In this document: positions 24,748-37,930 of the stretch, one piece after another
Layout of the letters: each line of letters begins with the position of its first letter
Numbering within the stretch: the stretch's first letter is position 1
NCBI RefSeq assembly: GCF_001194135.2
Contig: NC_068981.1
Location: 161,376,386-161,440,385, forward strand
From: Octopus bimaculoides
Taxonomy: Eukaryota
Direction: 5' to 3'
Length of the DNA: 64,000 bases
Position numbers and translations under genes: made by a program
Notes under the pieces: generated by a model
Database searches by the model: none
What the model was told of the DNA's origin: nothing
Seen by the model: only the letters and a program-made list of their open reading frames with translations

Positions 24748-24971
24748 CCTTTTTGATACCAATCTACCCGCCCAAGATGGCCCCTGGTTCCCTGATACAA
24801 AACTCCCCATTTTAAAATTATCTGAATTAAAACTTTAATCGAAATTCCATGTTAATTTCTGTTCCAAACACCAGTTTCAAATTGAATAAGGAATTTTACT
24901 AAACTCTTCATTATTTTCAAAATTAATTAAAATGGAGACAGTGTTTCAAGTGAAATACGGTGACAAAAGAG
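24748..24971. mobile_element. Degenerate piggyBac-like MITE
   Basis: TTAA-CCTTTTTGATACC at left; CGGTGACAAAAGAG at right; AT-rich interior similar in style to 15408-15627. Confidence 0.5.
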
Positions 24972-25152
24972 TTTTGTTACAGAAACTTTTTCAATGAAGC
25001 ATAAACTGAACTAGTGGCTAATGGGGGTATCAATAAGTTGAGGTATGACCTTGACCTCTCTAGTATGCACATACATACACACACTATGAGTGAGAGAGAG
25101 AGAGAGGGAGAGAGGGAAAGAGAGAGAGAGAGGTGGGGGAGAAAGATGGATA

Positions 25153-25614
25153 GACATTGGTGACCTGATATTCATGCAAGATGGTGCACCACCCCATTTT
25201 GCTCTTACTGTGCGTGTGTGGTTAGACCAACATTTTCCAGGATGTTGGAGGGGATGATGTGGATCTCATGAATGGCCTCCAAGAAGTCCAGATCTCACTC
25301 CGTGTGATTTTTACCTGTGGGGTTACAGAAAAGAGGAGGTGTACAAGACAAAACCTCACACACTGGAGGACTTGGAGACACAGATTCAGGAGGTTCTCAA
25401 TGATATCCCAGATGATGTCCTTCAGAAGGTTGTTCATTCCATCCTTGGCTGTTTGAGGAAACTGGTTAGGGTTAGGATGCTTACATTGAAATATGAAGAT
25501 TTACTTTCATTTTCCCATATAATAAGGAACATGTATCATTTGTTTCAATAAATTTGAAAAAAGGAATATGGATTTCACTAATTTTTAATGCTTACTTACT
25601 TTTCACCCACCCTG
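25153..25614 (+). pseudogene. Decayed DD41D (rosa-type) Tc1/mariner transposase 3' part
   Basis: From 25153: DIGDLIFMQDGAPPHFALTVRVWLDQHFPGCWRG*CGSHEWPPRSPDLTPCDFYLWGYRKEEVYKTKPHTLEDLETQI..., with 41 residues between the D of MQD and the D of TPCD. 3' end CACCCTG-TA at 25614. Confidence 0.9.
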
Positions 25615-25639
25615 TACACACATATATAAGTATATGTAC

Positions 25640-25678
<39 letters not shown>

Positions 25679-25999
25679 CACCTACATACTTACTTATATA
25701 CAAACACACACACATTAAAGGCAGTGTTCCAGCATGGTCTTGGCTTAAACAAACTAAAGATCACACAGCTGTAACACAAGTACTAACAATTTACTCTTAT
25801 AACAAACAACAGTACTTGGCACTAACTAAAACCGAAGTGTGTTCTGCTCTCTATTTTCTTTTCTTTCTCTTTTAACTAAATAAAAACAGACATCAATTAC
25901 TGTTGTACAAAATGTTTAGCTCTACTTTTAGATAGATCTCTGTTCAATGTCTGCCAGCAGTAAATACCTCTGTTTATATTACACACACACACCATCATC

Positions 26000-26505
26000 A
26001 TCATTTTGTTTTACTTGTTTCATCCAGTGAACTGTGGCCATGCTGGGGCACTGCCTTGAAGGGTGTAATGAAACAAATCAACCCCAGTACCTTCCAGTCA
26101 AGGTCTTTTGTCACAGTGACCCTGCTGGTGCTGGTGCAACATAAAAAGCACCCAGTCCACTCTGTAAAGTGGTTGGTGTTAGAAAGGGCATTTGGCTGTA
26201 AAAACCATGCCAAAGTAAACAGTAGAGTTTGGTACAGTCTTCTGACTTGCTAACACCTCTCAAATTGTCCAGCCCATGCCAGCATGGAAAATGGACACAT
26301 GATGATGATGGTTAGCCCACATTGATCTGTATGGAGCATAGGGCCAGTTTCCCTGGATTACTCATGTTTACCAGCTGAGTGGCCTGGAGCAATTTAAAAT
26401 GAAGTGCTTGACTGAAGAATGCAACACATCATCCGGTCTAGGAATTGAAACTACAATCTTACGATCATGAGTCCAACACCCTAACCAATAAGCCATGCAC
26501 CTCCA
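26000..26505. mobile_element. Cluster: SINE A tail (-), RTE 3' UTR (+), CORE-like SINE E head (-)
   Basis: 26005-26100 matches the A tail; 26110-26310 matches the RTE 3' end (CCAGCATGGAAAATGGACACATGATGATGATG); 26330-26505 matches 41975-42090. Confidence 0.7.
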
Positions 26506-26994
26506 AGATGATGATAATGAGACTCGATTGAAATTGAGATCCTAAAATAACCAATTAAACATGCTAAAAATAAGTGCTCATTGGAACCTGTTTTGGAGAC
26601 AGTAAATCTATAATAAGATTTACAGTTCTCATATTTAGAATTTGACAACTTTGCATGGCTAATAAAGCTAAAGCCAACAAGCCTGCTTCAAATAAGCTCT
26701 CACCTCACTCTCACTTCTTCTCTCTTATATACACATACTAACAACATCTTACATACCCTCTCCTTATTCATAATGAAGTGTATGAACTTTAAATGCTATC
26801 CTAAATATTGTCATGTATTAAATGTATACAGAACAAAGTTCCGTTCATGTCAGTAAATTAAATTATGTTATAAAAATGGAAGTGTTCTTCTCAACTATTA
26901 CTACTATGCTGACAGCCTGCTATTTCTAGTAAGCTGCATTTCTCTATTCAACTTGATATGAAATGATAATAGTTGTCATTCATTATGTTTTATG

Positions 26995-27322
26995 TTTTAT
27001 TTCAGTTATTGGACCCCTTAAGGAGTTTTAGCTGAACAAAGCAACCCCAGTATTAATTTTAAAAACCTGGCACTTATTTTGTCAATCTCTTTTGCTAAAC
27101 TGTTAAGTTACAGGGATGCAAACAAACCAACATGGTTGTCAAGCAGTAGCGGGAATAAACACAAAGACACACGGCAGGCTTCTTTCAGTTTTTGTCCACC
27201 AAATCCACTCACTATGCTTTGGTTGATCTGGAGCTATAGTAAAAAACATTTGCCCAAGGTACCATACAGTAGGACTGAAACCAAAACCATGTGGTTGAGA
27301 AGCAAACTTCTTACCACACAGG
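26995..27322 (-). mobile_element. SINE family A copy
   Basis: A tail, ACAAAGACACAC junction and head GCAAACTTCTTACCACAC. Confidence 0.7.
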
Positions 27323-27744
27323 TACATGTGACTGTCACAAACATGACATCACTTAAAAACTCATAACATACAGGGGACATCGTTAAGGACCATAAGTCAC
27401 TTTGCCATATTCTAACAACCCACCACTCAATAATAAATAAGTGGGNNNNNNNNNNGGTGTAACAAAAGGAAAAAAAAATCAAAAGAAGACTCTATTCAAT
27501 TAAACCATGCTAATTAACAAAACCTAAAACAGAAGGAGGCTGCCTTCAGTACTTATCTCTCTCCATTTTGAAAAATTATATCAAAATTCAAAATAACAGT
27601 AGAGCTTCAGCATTACTACACCTCTGGAGCTGAAACTAGTAAAGGCAAAATTAGTGATAAATAAATAAATGAATGAAAGTTTGTACTTTACAACTTCTGC
27701 TGTAAGTGAAAACCTACCAACCTTAACTCTAAATCTGTATCAGT

Positions 27745-27937
27745 TCACCCAATCAAATGTAATGTTATTTTATTTACACTGTTGTTTTACCTAGTAGCTT
27801 TGAGATTTTGATGATGTAACTGTTCATTTTTAGAATAACATTGTAGAGTAGGTGTGAGAGGCCAGATCTGGCCAATTTTAACTTATAAAACAGGTAGAAT
27901 ATTAAGGCTGGCTACGATTAGTTTAAAGGCTAAAAGG
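27745..27937. mobile_element. piggyBac-like MITE, same family as the ends of 35947-36607, opposite orientation
   Basis: GTAGGTGTGAGAGGCCAGATCTGG...AAAACAGGTAGAATATT is the reverse complement of 35980-36040; ends GCTAAAAGG-TTAA. Confidence 0.7.
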
Positions 27938-29010
27938 TTAATGTACTGCTTCCTACTACACTAACCCATGCGCAATGTTCTCTCTAAGCTGTGTGCTAGT
28001 GTACACACACACACACTTTACAATTGGTACACAAAGAGAAGCAAAATGTGTACACACAAAGTTTTCAAAATGAAATTGAACTTTTTTTAAATGAAGAAAC
28101 TTGGGTAATGGTCACTTATATGAATGAGCACATACTTTGCAAAAAGAGAGAAAATTTACACAAAAAAATTCTGCATATACCTACATTAAGAAAATTAGAG
28201 GGCGCCCAAGAGTCATGATTCCTTTTACCCATTTTCCATCAGGTCTTGCAAAAAGGATCACAAGCATTGTTCTTCCTCTTTTGACTAGCCTACAATTCCC
28301 TTCTACCAAAAAATAAACTAATCAAATTCTATTCTGAATAGTAATAAGGACTTAGTACGACATGATTGTTATCATATAGGATATATAATAGTCATATCAT
28401 AGAAGATTGGTGAGCAGAATATCTTATAGATTGTACTTATTGATGAATTTAAAGAATTTGACACTGAAGTACTCTCAGTAGTGAGTCTCTAAATCTATAT
28501 ATATGTTGTTATTCTTAGACTTGCTTTAAAATAAGAACCTCGATGTAACATTTATATCATAAATTATCTATTTTTTTATAATCTATTGAGTTTCTTCATT
28601 TTGAGATATTTTCTTTGATTATGAATCATTATGCAAATGACAGAAGCTAGAAGACATCATAATCATTGAAGTAAAAAAACAAAAAAAAAAAAAAACAAAC
28701 AATTAAACTTAAAATTATATCCCAACATATTACTTGATATTGCAAACATGAATTACATGTTGCTTTCTTTTTTTTAACGATAGTTTTCTTTTTTAATCTT
28801 CTTCCATACAAATTAATAGCATGTTCCAAAAGCAATATCACTGCTGCCACTGTTGTCCTCATCAAATAGTAATGGCGGTGGTGTGGTGGTAGTAGTAGAA
28901 GTAGTAATTGTGAAGAACTTAATTTCTTTTGATTAAGGCACAAGTCTGACTTTTGTATGTAAACGAAAACAGATAACCGAACTACTGATCTAAGTATAAA
29001 ACTGATACTT

Positions 29011-29055
<45 letters not shown>

Positions 29056-29133
29056 ATAGAATTCTCCTTCTTGAGGTCCAGATCAAATCTTGACTAAAGA
29101 CCTTTAATCAAAGACATAACCATTGTAATGATT

Positions 29134-29559
29134 NNNNNNNNNNNNNNNNNNNNNNNNNNNNNNNNNNNNNNNNNNNNNNNNNNNNNNNNNNNNNNNNNNN
29201 NNNNNNNNNNNNNNNNNNNNNNNNNNNNNNNNNNNNNNNNNNNNNNNNNNNNNNNNNNNNNNNNNNNNNNNNNNNNNNNNNNNNNNNNNNNNNNNNNNNN
29301 NNNNNNNNNNNNNNNNNNNNNNNNNNNNNNNNNNNNNNNNNNNNNNNNNNNNNNNNNNNNNNNNNNNNNNNNNNNNNNNNNNNNNNNNNNNNNNNNNNNN
29401 NNNNNNNNNNNNNNNNNNNNNNNNNNNNNNNNNNNNNNNNNNNNNNNNNNNNNNNNNNNNNNNNNNNNNNNNNNNNNNNNNNNNNNNNNNNNNNNNNNNN
29501 NNNNNNNNNNNNNNNNNNNNNNNNNNNNNNNNNNNNNNNNNNNNNNNNNNNNNNNNNNN
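29134..29559. other. Assembly gap (426 N)
   Basis: Run of N followed by poly-A. Confidence 1.
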
Positions 29560-29591
<32 letters not shown>

Positions 29592-31421
29592 CACTGGAGA
29601 AAAACTATAGTCATCTATTCTTAGTATTATTTTAACTGTTTACTGCTACCAAAACATTTTCATTAAACATAGAAAGTTATTGGTTATAGCGATGATATTT
29701 AATGTCAAGAACACAAATAACTAGTTGTGTTTCTTTCTAGTACAAGTCAAAAATATTATTATCTTACCATAGAATAAAAGAGAAGAGAAAGCAGGAAAAA
29801 AAATTGCACTCATAAGAACAGCTGGCAGATGTAATGTTGTTTCTATTCCAGTACTAGTTTCATAAGGAGACATACAAGGCTTATTATTATTAACTGAAAG
29901 GTAGTAGTAATGGGGGTGAGGTGTGGGTGGATATATGACTTTTGTTCCTATAACTGACCTTTTAATCTAATTTTTAACCAGTCGGGACATTATAAATGAA
30001 AATGAACTAAAAATCTGATGTAACATATTGATAAAAATTTTCCAATAACATCACAAAGTAAATATATTCAAAATGTGTTTGTTTTTTAAAGTTTGTTATT
30101 AAAAGAATAGCAGGACAAACACAAGGGGGAAAATCCAATATTAAATCCTTTATTAAATACAACCACTGACTTAATGGTTCAAATATAACTGGAATAAACT
30201 TTGTTTTTCATCCCCAGGGGGTAATCAATAAATACATTAATAGTGTTAAATGACTATAATTACCCAGCCCACACCATACATTAGTTTACATCTATAAAAA
30301 AAATTCAAATAAAAAAATAAAAATACTAATTAAGATATATCTTAATTTTAATTTTTTAATGAAACTAGAATGTATTTTTTTTTTTTGCAGCTACTAAAGG
30401 CTATATTTTATTTCTCTAAAAACTTAATTACTCTAGTAAGTAATTAGTGATAATAGATTGGATCTGAAGTCATGTAGTAGATATAGTGATCTATTCTGAT
30501 AGTGTTACATTTGCTATATATTAAAACACACTACAACTTAATTTAATCATTTCTACAGATGATATTAGTTTCACATTGTGTGTTTGTTCCCCACCACTGC
30601 TTGATAACTGGTGTTGGTTTGTTTACACCCCCCCCCCCATATCAGTTTGGCAAAAGTGACTGATAGATTAAGTACTGACATCAATTTGTTCTAAACCCTT
30701 GGAGGCAATGCCCCAGAATGGTTGCAGTCCAGTGACTATAAGCAAAAGATAAAAGACAGTATACCAAACTGGAACTGAACTTTGTGGAGAATCTCTGCTG
30801 CAATGCTGTCACTTTTGAAGTGCTTACCAAGTTCCCATATATTTTAGAGTGTTTTTCTTTCTTTCTTTTGTAATCTAATGGAACTAATGATCCAGTGTTT
30901 TCCGGATACGAGTACCTTGTCATTTTCTATGACAATAAATATACCTAGGACTGCATTAACTGTGTCCTTCTTTGTTTAAAAGGAGTGTTATCTGAAGGCA
31001 ATTTAGGTGTTATTTCTAGTAGTTCAAGAGGCTCTGTCATTAGCTTGAAATGAGATTTAATAGAAAAAGAAAAAGTCTTTTAACTCAATAGAATATCAAC
31101 ATACACTTAATTAATTAACCAACTTGATAGATGATATATCAAGAATTAGTTAACCGATAAATTCATAATCCTGTCTAATACTCATCTATATTTAAATCCC
31201 TAATCTGGGAGAGGTTTAAAAAAAACACTTATGTTGAAATGATTTCTTTACAGATTATTTAGTATTACATAACAGTACACACACACACACATTTACATAC
31301 ACAATAACAAAATACTCGCACACTACATAACTGATAAACAAATATTTATAGCAAACTGCTTCATAATAGAAAGACGGAAAAAAAGTTTCTATCAGTTACA
31401 AAAATAGAGATTTTTATTCTT

Positions 31422-31620
31422 TTACTTTCAGTCATTTTACTGCGGCTATGTTGGAGTACCGCCTTAAAGGGTTTGTTTTAGTTGATGAAATTGACTCCTT
31501 CTTTGTAAGCCTAGTACTTATTAATATTGATCTCTTTTGCTGAACCGCTAAGTTATGGGGATGTAAACACACCAACATCAGTTATCAAGCAATGGCATGG
31601 GGGACAAACCCAGACACAAT
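31422..31620 (-). mobile_element. SINE family A tail half
   Basis: TTTCAGTCATTTTACTGCGGCTATGTTGGAGTACCGCC...GAACCGCTAAGTTATGGGGATGTAAACACACC. Confidence 0.75.
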
Positions 31621-31839
31621 ATCTAAGATTATATTGTCTTACTCTTTCCGATCCCCAGTTCACTTCACTATATATACCCTGCTGGAACTTAGGTTTATGG
31701 CCGTTTCCCCCTCTTTGTCACATTTTCACCGTTTTTCTCTTTCTCTTCCATCTGAAGAAGTCATGTCTTGCTTCTAATGCAAGACACCTTTCTGTCTACC
31801 CCCAGCCAGTTGAAGGATCTTGTCCTGCAAGTAACTAGG

Positions 31840-32045
31840 TGATTTCATTGCTGCTGGTGTCATGTAAAAAGCACCTAGTACACTCAGTAAAATAATTAGT
31901 ATTAGGAAGGATATCTAGCTATAAAAACCAGGCCAAAACAGACAGTAGATTTTGGTGTAGTTTTCTGACTTATCTGCTCCTGTCAAACTGCCCTGCCCAT
32001 GCTAACATGGAAAGCAGATATTAAATAATTGATGATGATAATGAT
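31840..32045 (+). mobile_element. RTE-like 3' UTR/tail, diverged
   Basis: GCTGGTGTCATGTAAAAAGCACC...CCATGCTAACATGGAAAGCAGATATTAAA...GATGATGAT. Confidence 0.65.
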
Positions 32046-32359
32046 GAGAAAGATTTAGCTGCTATTATTCGCAAATTGACCAAGTATGTTGAAGTGACAG
32101 TCACCTGTATTACTACTTGCCCTACAAAACCAGACATTGGTTGTTTTCACAAACGATGGACAGATATTACTGCAATGACCTGAAAATAGGCTTATTTTAG
32201 CATGTGAGCCCACGTGCTACACAGTGAGAGAAAGCAAGACAGATTCAGATAGAACAAAAAGTATTATTAATCAATAGAGATGCTCAATTATAATACAAAG
32301 GTGTGTGAAAAGGAATACCATGTTTATTCTCCCCACACTTACAAAAGTGCCCAGATACA

Positions 32360-32406
<47 letters not shown>

Positions 32407-34785
32407 GTGTGTGTGTGTGTGTGTGTGCATGCCTGAAATAGAGAGAAAGAGTGGAAGAGGGTTCCTATTAAAAATGTTTACACAAGGATTTATACCAGCT
32501 GGAAAGTACTGAATAGCCAGCCTTCCTAGGCAGTTTAAGCTGATGATATTCCCAGTTATGAGCAAGCTGGANNNNNNNNNNNNNNNNNNNNNNNNNNNNN
32601 NNNNNGGGGGGGGGGGGACAAGACACAAAATTAACTGGTTGTCCTTTAATATTATTAGTTTGTTCAATATATCAGTTTTCCAGCATTTCTAACGGTTGCT
32701 TGATATTCTCAAGAACCAAACGCAGTGGGGCTGAAAGCAATGATACACATTCAACTGTTAGTGTGACAGTCACGATGAGTTATTTTGTTTGAGTATCAGT
32801 CTCAACAGCGATGTGTTGTGTACTATTTGCATCTTAGTGCTTGTGCTAGACTGGATATTAGGTTAATCTTTCCATGGCAATATTTGAAATGAGATACAGA
32901 ATGTAAAGACGGACAAAATGCTGCTAAGTATTTTACCCGGTGTGTTAACGATTCTGGCAGCTTACTGCTTTGAATAATAAAATAATAATAATAATAATAA
33001 TAATTTTGGAAATAATCAAGGGTTTATTTGGGATCTTTTCTGTTTTGGCTTCAATTAATGAAATTTTAAATTTAAGCTAAAATTTTCAAATTTGGTATAT
33101 TGATGTAATTTTTCACACTGAATCTGATGTTGTTAATCCACTTGTTCCAGAAATTTTTTTATAAAAAAAAACGTTACAGGGGTTTAAAGTTTGATCATTT
33201 TTAACCAATCAGGAAACAGGATTTTGTGTGTGACGACAACATTACAATGATGAAACATTCAACAGTGGGAGTTGTAATAAGTTTTAATTAATAAAGTCAT
33301 GTGAATGTAATGTGAAAAAATGCCAAAACAAAACAAAAAAAACTGAATGCTAAATTACAAAAAAACAAAAACAAACAAACTCCTCCCAAAGAACACCCAA
33401 CATCATAAAATGGAGAAGGACATACTAGATTGTAGTAGTCTTAGATAACTCTAAAACTATGTTCAGCATTAGAATGCTCCTTTTGATATTAAACCTGCCT
33501 GATTAACCTACTTTACTCACACATTACATGAGAGCTTGGCTTGTTTACTCAAGATTTGCAAACTTTAAAAGCTATTAACTTTCTATTTATTAATTTAAGA
33601 CAAAAATGAATTTCATTTCCATAATTAGCATACAAAGCTACATCAATACACCAAATTAGAAATCAATTGGAATAAAATTGAAGGAATTGAAAAGTGAAAG
33701 ACAAACAGGAAAGATCCTTTATTTGTAGGAATTTAGTAATGACAAAGTCAGTTATTTAAGGTGATGTTATGCAAGAACTTAACATAATGGATTTTATTAT
33801 ATACTAGCTTAAAAACCACACTCCATGTGAACTTTTAAGCTAGCTCCTGTAGAGAGCTAATTGGGCCTGTGACCCAAAACTAAAGAGAGCAATAATAAAA
33901 AGCATTTATTGGTAACCTGCCAATATGATATTACTTTAAATTCATTTTAAAAGACAAAGTTCACAAATTTCCGAGTTCTTTTAAAATTTGAATTTTCAAC
34001 TGTTAACATATAACAAACCGTCATCCAGACCTGATCTCCATGCTCAATGTTGAAGAACTAAATGAAGGGCAGATTTTCAATTCTGGGATCATCCTGATTC
34101 TAAAAAGGTATAATATGTCTATGTAGAACAAATGTAGACTGAGATACAGGGGTCCCAGATGGACAGACAGAATTTTACATTTATTGTGATAAAAAAAAAA
34201 AAAAAACGAAAGTTATAATCAAAATATGAACACTTTAAAATGAGAAAGTTTGTGCATCAAAACCAAGAGCAGTTAGAGATAGGATGTTATCAAAGCAGGT
34301 GGACTGAGAAGAGAACTGGGGAGAGAGAGGGGGAGAGAGAAAGAGAGGGAGAGAGAGAGAGAGGGGGAGACAGAAAGAGAGGGAGAGAGAGAAATCAAAC
34401 AAATTAATAAAAGGCATAGTTTAGTAGCTTTACTATGCAGTAATCAAATTCTGTATCATTAGAACTTTGAGTTGGGGACCTGGGTTTCATTTTTTGTAAA
34501 TGTAACTTGAAACATTAAAGGAAGAAAAGGAAAAAAAAAGACTTTATGGCAGTTTTAAGTAACGAGATCAAATGATTTTCTAACCCAAACTGGGAAAGGC
34601 ATGAAACTGAAAAGAATTTTGCATTGCAAAAGCCTCAAGTGCCTTGTGCCTTCCATAGAAAAAAAAAATAGACGTAGCCCTTCTGATATGTGGAGTGAGA
34701 TTTACTTTGAGTTAACAAGGAAGGGCACAGGGTAAAGAGATAAGCTCAAGTACAACAACAAAAATATGTCTGAATAGGCCAGTAG

Positions 34786-34840
<55 letters not shown>

Positions 34841-34941
34841 CAATGATCAGAGGGTTCTTGAAGCATGACCAGTAAACAAGTGTCACCTTAATCTGCTGGC
34901 TGTGGTCAGCTGACACTTTCCACCATCATGATAATAATAAT

Positions 34942-35155
34942 TCTTTCTACTACAGGCACAAAGCATGAAATTTTGAGGAAGAGAGCTAATTGATTAGATC
35001 AACCCTAGTGCTTGACTGGTACTTATTCTATTTACCTCTAAAGGATGAAAGGCAAAGTCCACCTTGGCGGAATTTGAACACAGAATGTGAAGATGGACAA
35101 AATGCCGCTAAGCATTATGCCCGGCGTGCTAACAATTCTGCCAGCTTGCCACCTT
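34942..35155 (-). mobile_element. SINE family B, full length
   Basis: Reverse-complement match to 18749-18964 along its length; TAA repeats on both flanks. Confidence 0.85.
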
Positions 35156-35946
35156 GAATAATAAATAATAAAAATGATGATGATGATGATGATATTTTTT
35201 ATGTTGGACCCAGCATTTGAGGGGCACTAAACACAATTTGAATATAAATCTTTGGAAATAAAGCGACATTTCATATAATACAGAACCAGTAAGCAAACCT
35301 ACATCTGTGTGAATATATTATTTGGTTTTATGCAACCATGATTTTTAAAAAAAATTCAGACTGAAGTTTATTTTAATTATTATATATTAATGTCACATAG
35401 AAAATTACAAGGTTTATCTTGCTCATATGGTGAACTTCAACCTAGATGTAAGAAAACTGTCAGATACTTATTTCTATCAGAGAGGTGAAATGAGAAATCA
35501 AGGAGAGTTCTCATTTTATTGAGAGAGAGAGAGAGAGAGAGAGACCCCCCCCCCCACACACACACACAGAGCAGGCATGAAGTGAGAAAACAGACAGTAG
35601 AGTTCTTGTTAAATTACATCAGTTCTTTCTGGAAATTATAATGTATCTATTTCTGACAAGAGTGAGAAAGGTGGGTGAGAAGCGAGAAAACAAACACAAG
35701 AGTTTTTACTACATTACTCCAGTTGACTTTCATAAACTGACCTTTAATTTAAACCCATTCAAACTTACTTGCAATTCAAACCCATTCCTTAAAGATACCT
35801 CTCAGACATTCAGAATCCTCTATCAAAGTAAATTTTATTTTCACAACCTATATTTTCCACACATTTTATGAATATGCTTCTTGAGAGAAACTCCTTGAAT
35901 TTCTTGTGAAAAACAAAAAATTCTTTTCAGCATTTACCAACTTTAA

Positions 35947-36607
35947 CCCTTTAACATTCAAACTAGCTACATCTGGTCTAAATATTCTACCTGTTTTATG
36001 TTCAAACCAGCCAGATCCGACCTCTTACACCTACCCTACAATATCATTCTATCATTGAAATCTCACAGCTTCAAGATGATGCAAGATAAAGCTTTTTTTC
36101 TCAAAATACAATTGTAAATACTGTGGAATTTTCAACAGCATGTTTTGTTGTTTTTTTGTTTTTTTTTCAACATTTGAAGTGGAGATTAATTTATTTTGCA
36201 ATTACTGTTATGGCTTCAGCAAGTAGCAGCTCAGATTTGGAAAGATTTACACTTGAAGACTTACAAAATGTAGAAGAATAAAAAAAGACAATAACAAAGA
36301 CTTGTCTTTGGATGAATCAGTTATAGATGGTTTTGAATTTTCTTATGACAAGGATGCCATTTAAAATATTATGGTGACATAATCAAACAATACAATGCCA
36401 ATACATATCCCCTATTTTATTGAAATCTAATAATTGTGTGAATCATTGGCATTTAAGCACCTACTGACAAAATTTTGAATCTACATATAAAAAAAAAAAA
36501 TTAATAAAAGTTATAAACAAATATCATTGACAACTCACTTGAACATAATTCAAAACAATGTGAATAAATAAGATTGCATTTGACAGAGTAATCTAAATAC
36601 TAAAGGG
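35947..36607. mobile_element. piggyBac-like element (661 bp): short MITE ends enclosing ~450 bp of extra sequence
   Basis: TTAA at 35943-35946 and 36608-36611. TIR CCCTTTAACATT vs rc CCCTTTAGTATT. Ends match the compact copies at 27745-27937 and 58840-59020. Confidence 0.8.
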
Positions 36608-37649
36608 TTAAATCAGTCATGTCTTTTAACTGGAGATGTAACTAGTTACTGATTAATATGTTAACTGAAAGGATGGTGAAGAGAAGTAAAAATCGAAAAC
36701 CTCTTGTTACTACTTTAGTTCAATTAAACAGAAATGCCAACATCAAGACAATATTACATAAAATACAACAAAGCATGCTTGGCCCTGGCAAGTAGCCAAG
36801 ATATTAGATCATTATGAGCAAAGTATGAAGTAAAATGTTACCAAATCTCTCGACACAGTAATTGGAACCTGAAAGGCTTGTAGCTCATACAATACAATCA
36901 ACAGTTTTATCATGTCTAATCATTCATACAAATGTTATTGAGGATTGATGGATAAAAATGTACTGATTTCCAGATTTTACAAATACAATTTAAATGAATT
37001 TATAAAGCTGCCACATTTTGTGGAACATCTTACAAAGCATGATGCTGGGTAGAACAAATATATTTCTAAATACATTATCAAAAAGGATGAGAAAATGGTA
37101 TAAAACTAGTAAACATTAATTCATTTGAAGAAACAGTAAGACATTTTAGTTAAAAATAAATTTTTTAAAAATCACTTTTTCTGATGCTAAAAAGTACAAG
37201 ATTTGTAAAATCAAAAACAAGTAAGAAAACAAGGTCTTTTACTCAGTTTTTGCAAGTCCTTTAGACAGATAATATAATAAAACTAATAAGATCTATTAGA
37301 AACAGTAAAATGGAAATAAAAATCAACTGAAATTTGGATTGTAATATAAACTAATTGGTTACGGCTGTCAAGCCACTTCAGTCCGTTTTATTAGCAAACT
37401 GTCTTATTAATGGAGTAAGAAATTCCAGTTAAGATAAATTGATTATGTTTAAAGACCAGCTACTATTTGACATGACCAAATGAATATATTATTTATAGTG
37501 ATTTCATTACTATTAATTAAAGACTAAAATTTGTTTCTCTTGAGATGTTTTTAATAACTGATTTCTCTTTTATTTCCACTTGAAACACTGTTAAAGATAT
37601 CATGATCACCATCATGACCTGTTTGAATCATTGGCAGAACATAAACTCC

Positions 37650-37930
37650 GTTATGGCTCTATTCCAACACTAGCATTATTCACTTCCTTCAGGTATCCTG
37701 CCCTGCTTCTTTTGGATTTCACTCCAAAGCTTTTCCATGTACATCTTGCTATTTGTTGGTTGATTGGTTCCTGTTTGTTCAGCCCGGAGGTTTTTGTTGC
37801 TCACTATTTCTGGATACCTAATGTTAAAGATGTTCAAGAATGCCTGGAGCTTTAAAGATATTTGTTTTCATTTGCCTCAATTCAGTACTATTAACAGGAT
37901 AGATTTAATGTTGTTATTGAAAGTTCTCCA
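37650..37930 (-). pseudogene. Old RTE-clade LINE reverse-transcriptase C-terminal remnant
   Basis: Frameshifted minus-strand pieces RTFNNNIKSILL, KLQAFLN, NIRYPEIVSNKNL and KQEPINQQIARCTWK follow the order of the RTE RT C-terminal motifs. Confidence 0.7.

Noticed and set aside
33800-34190. Helitron/Helentron-like non-autonomous element (TATACTAGC...GGACAGACAGA)
   Set aside because: Only short suggestive motifs; no clear 3' hairpin, subterminal inverted repeat or second copy in the window.
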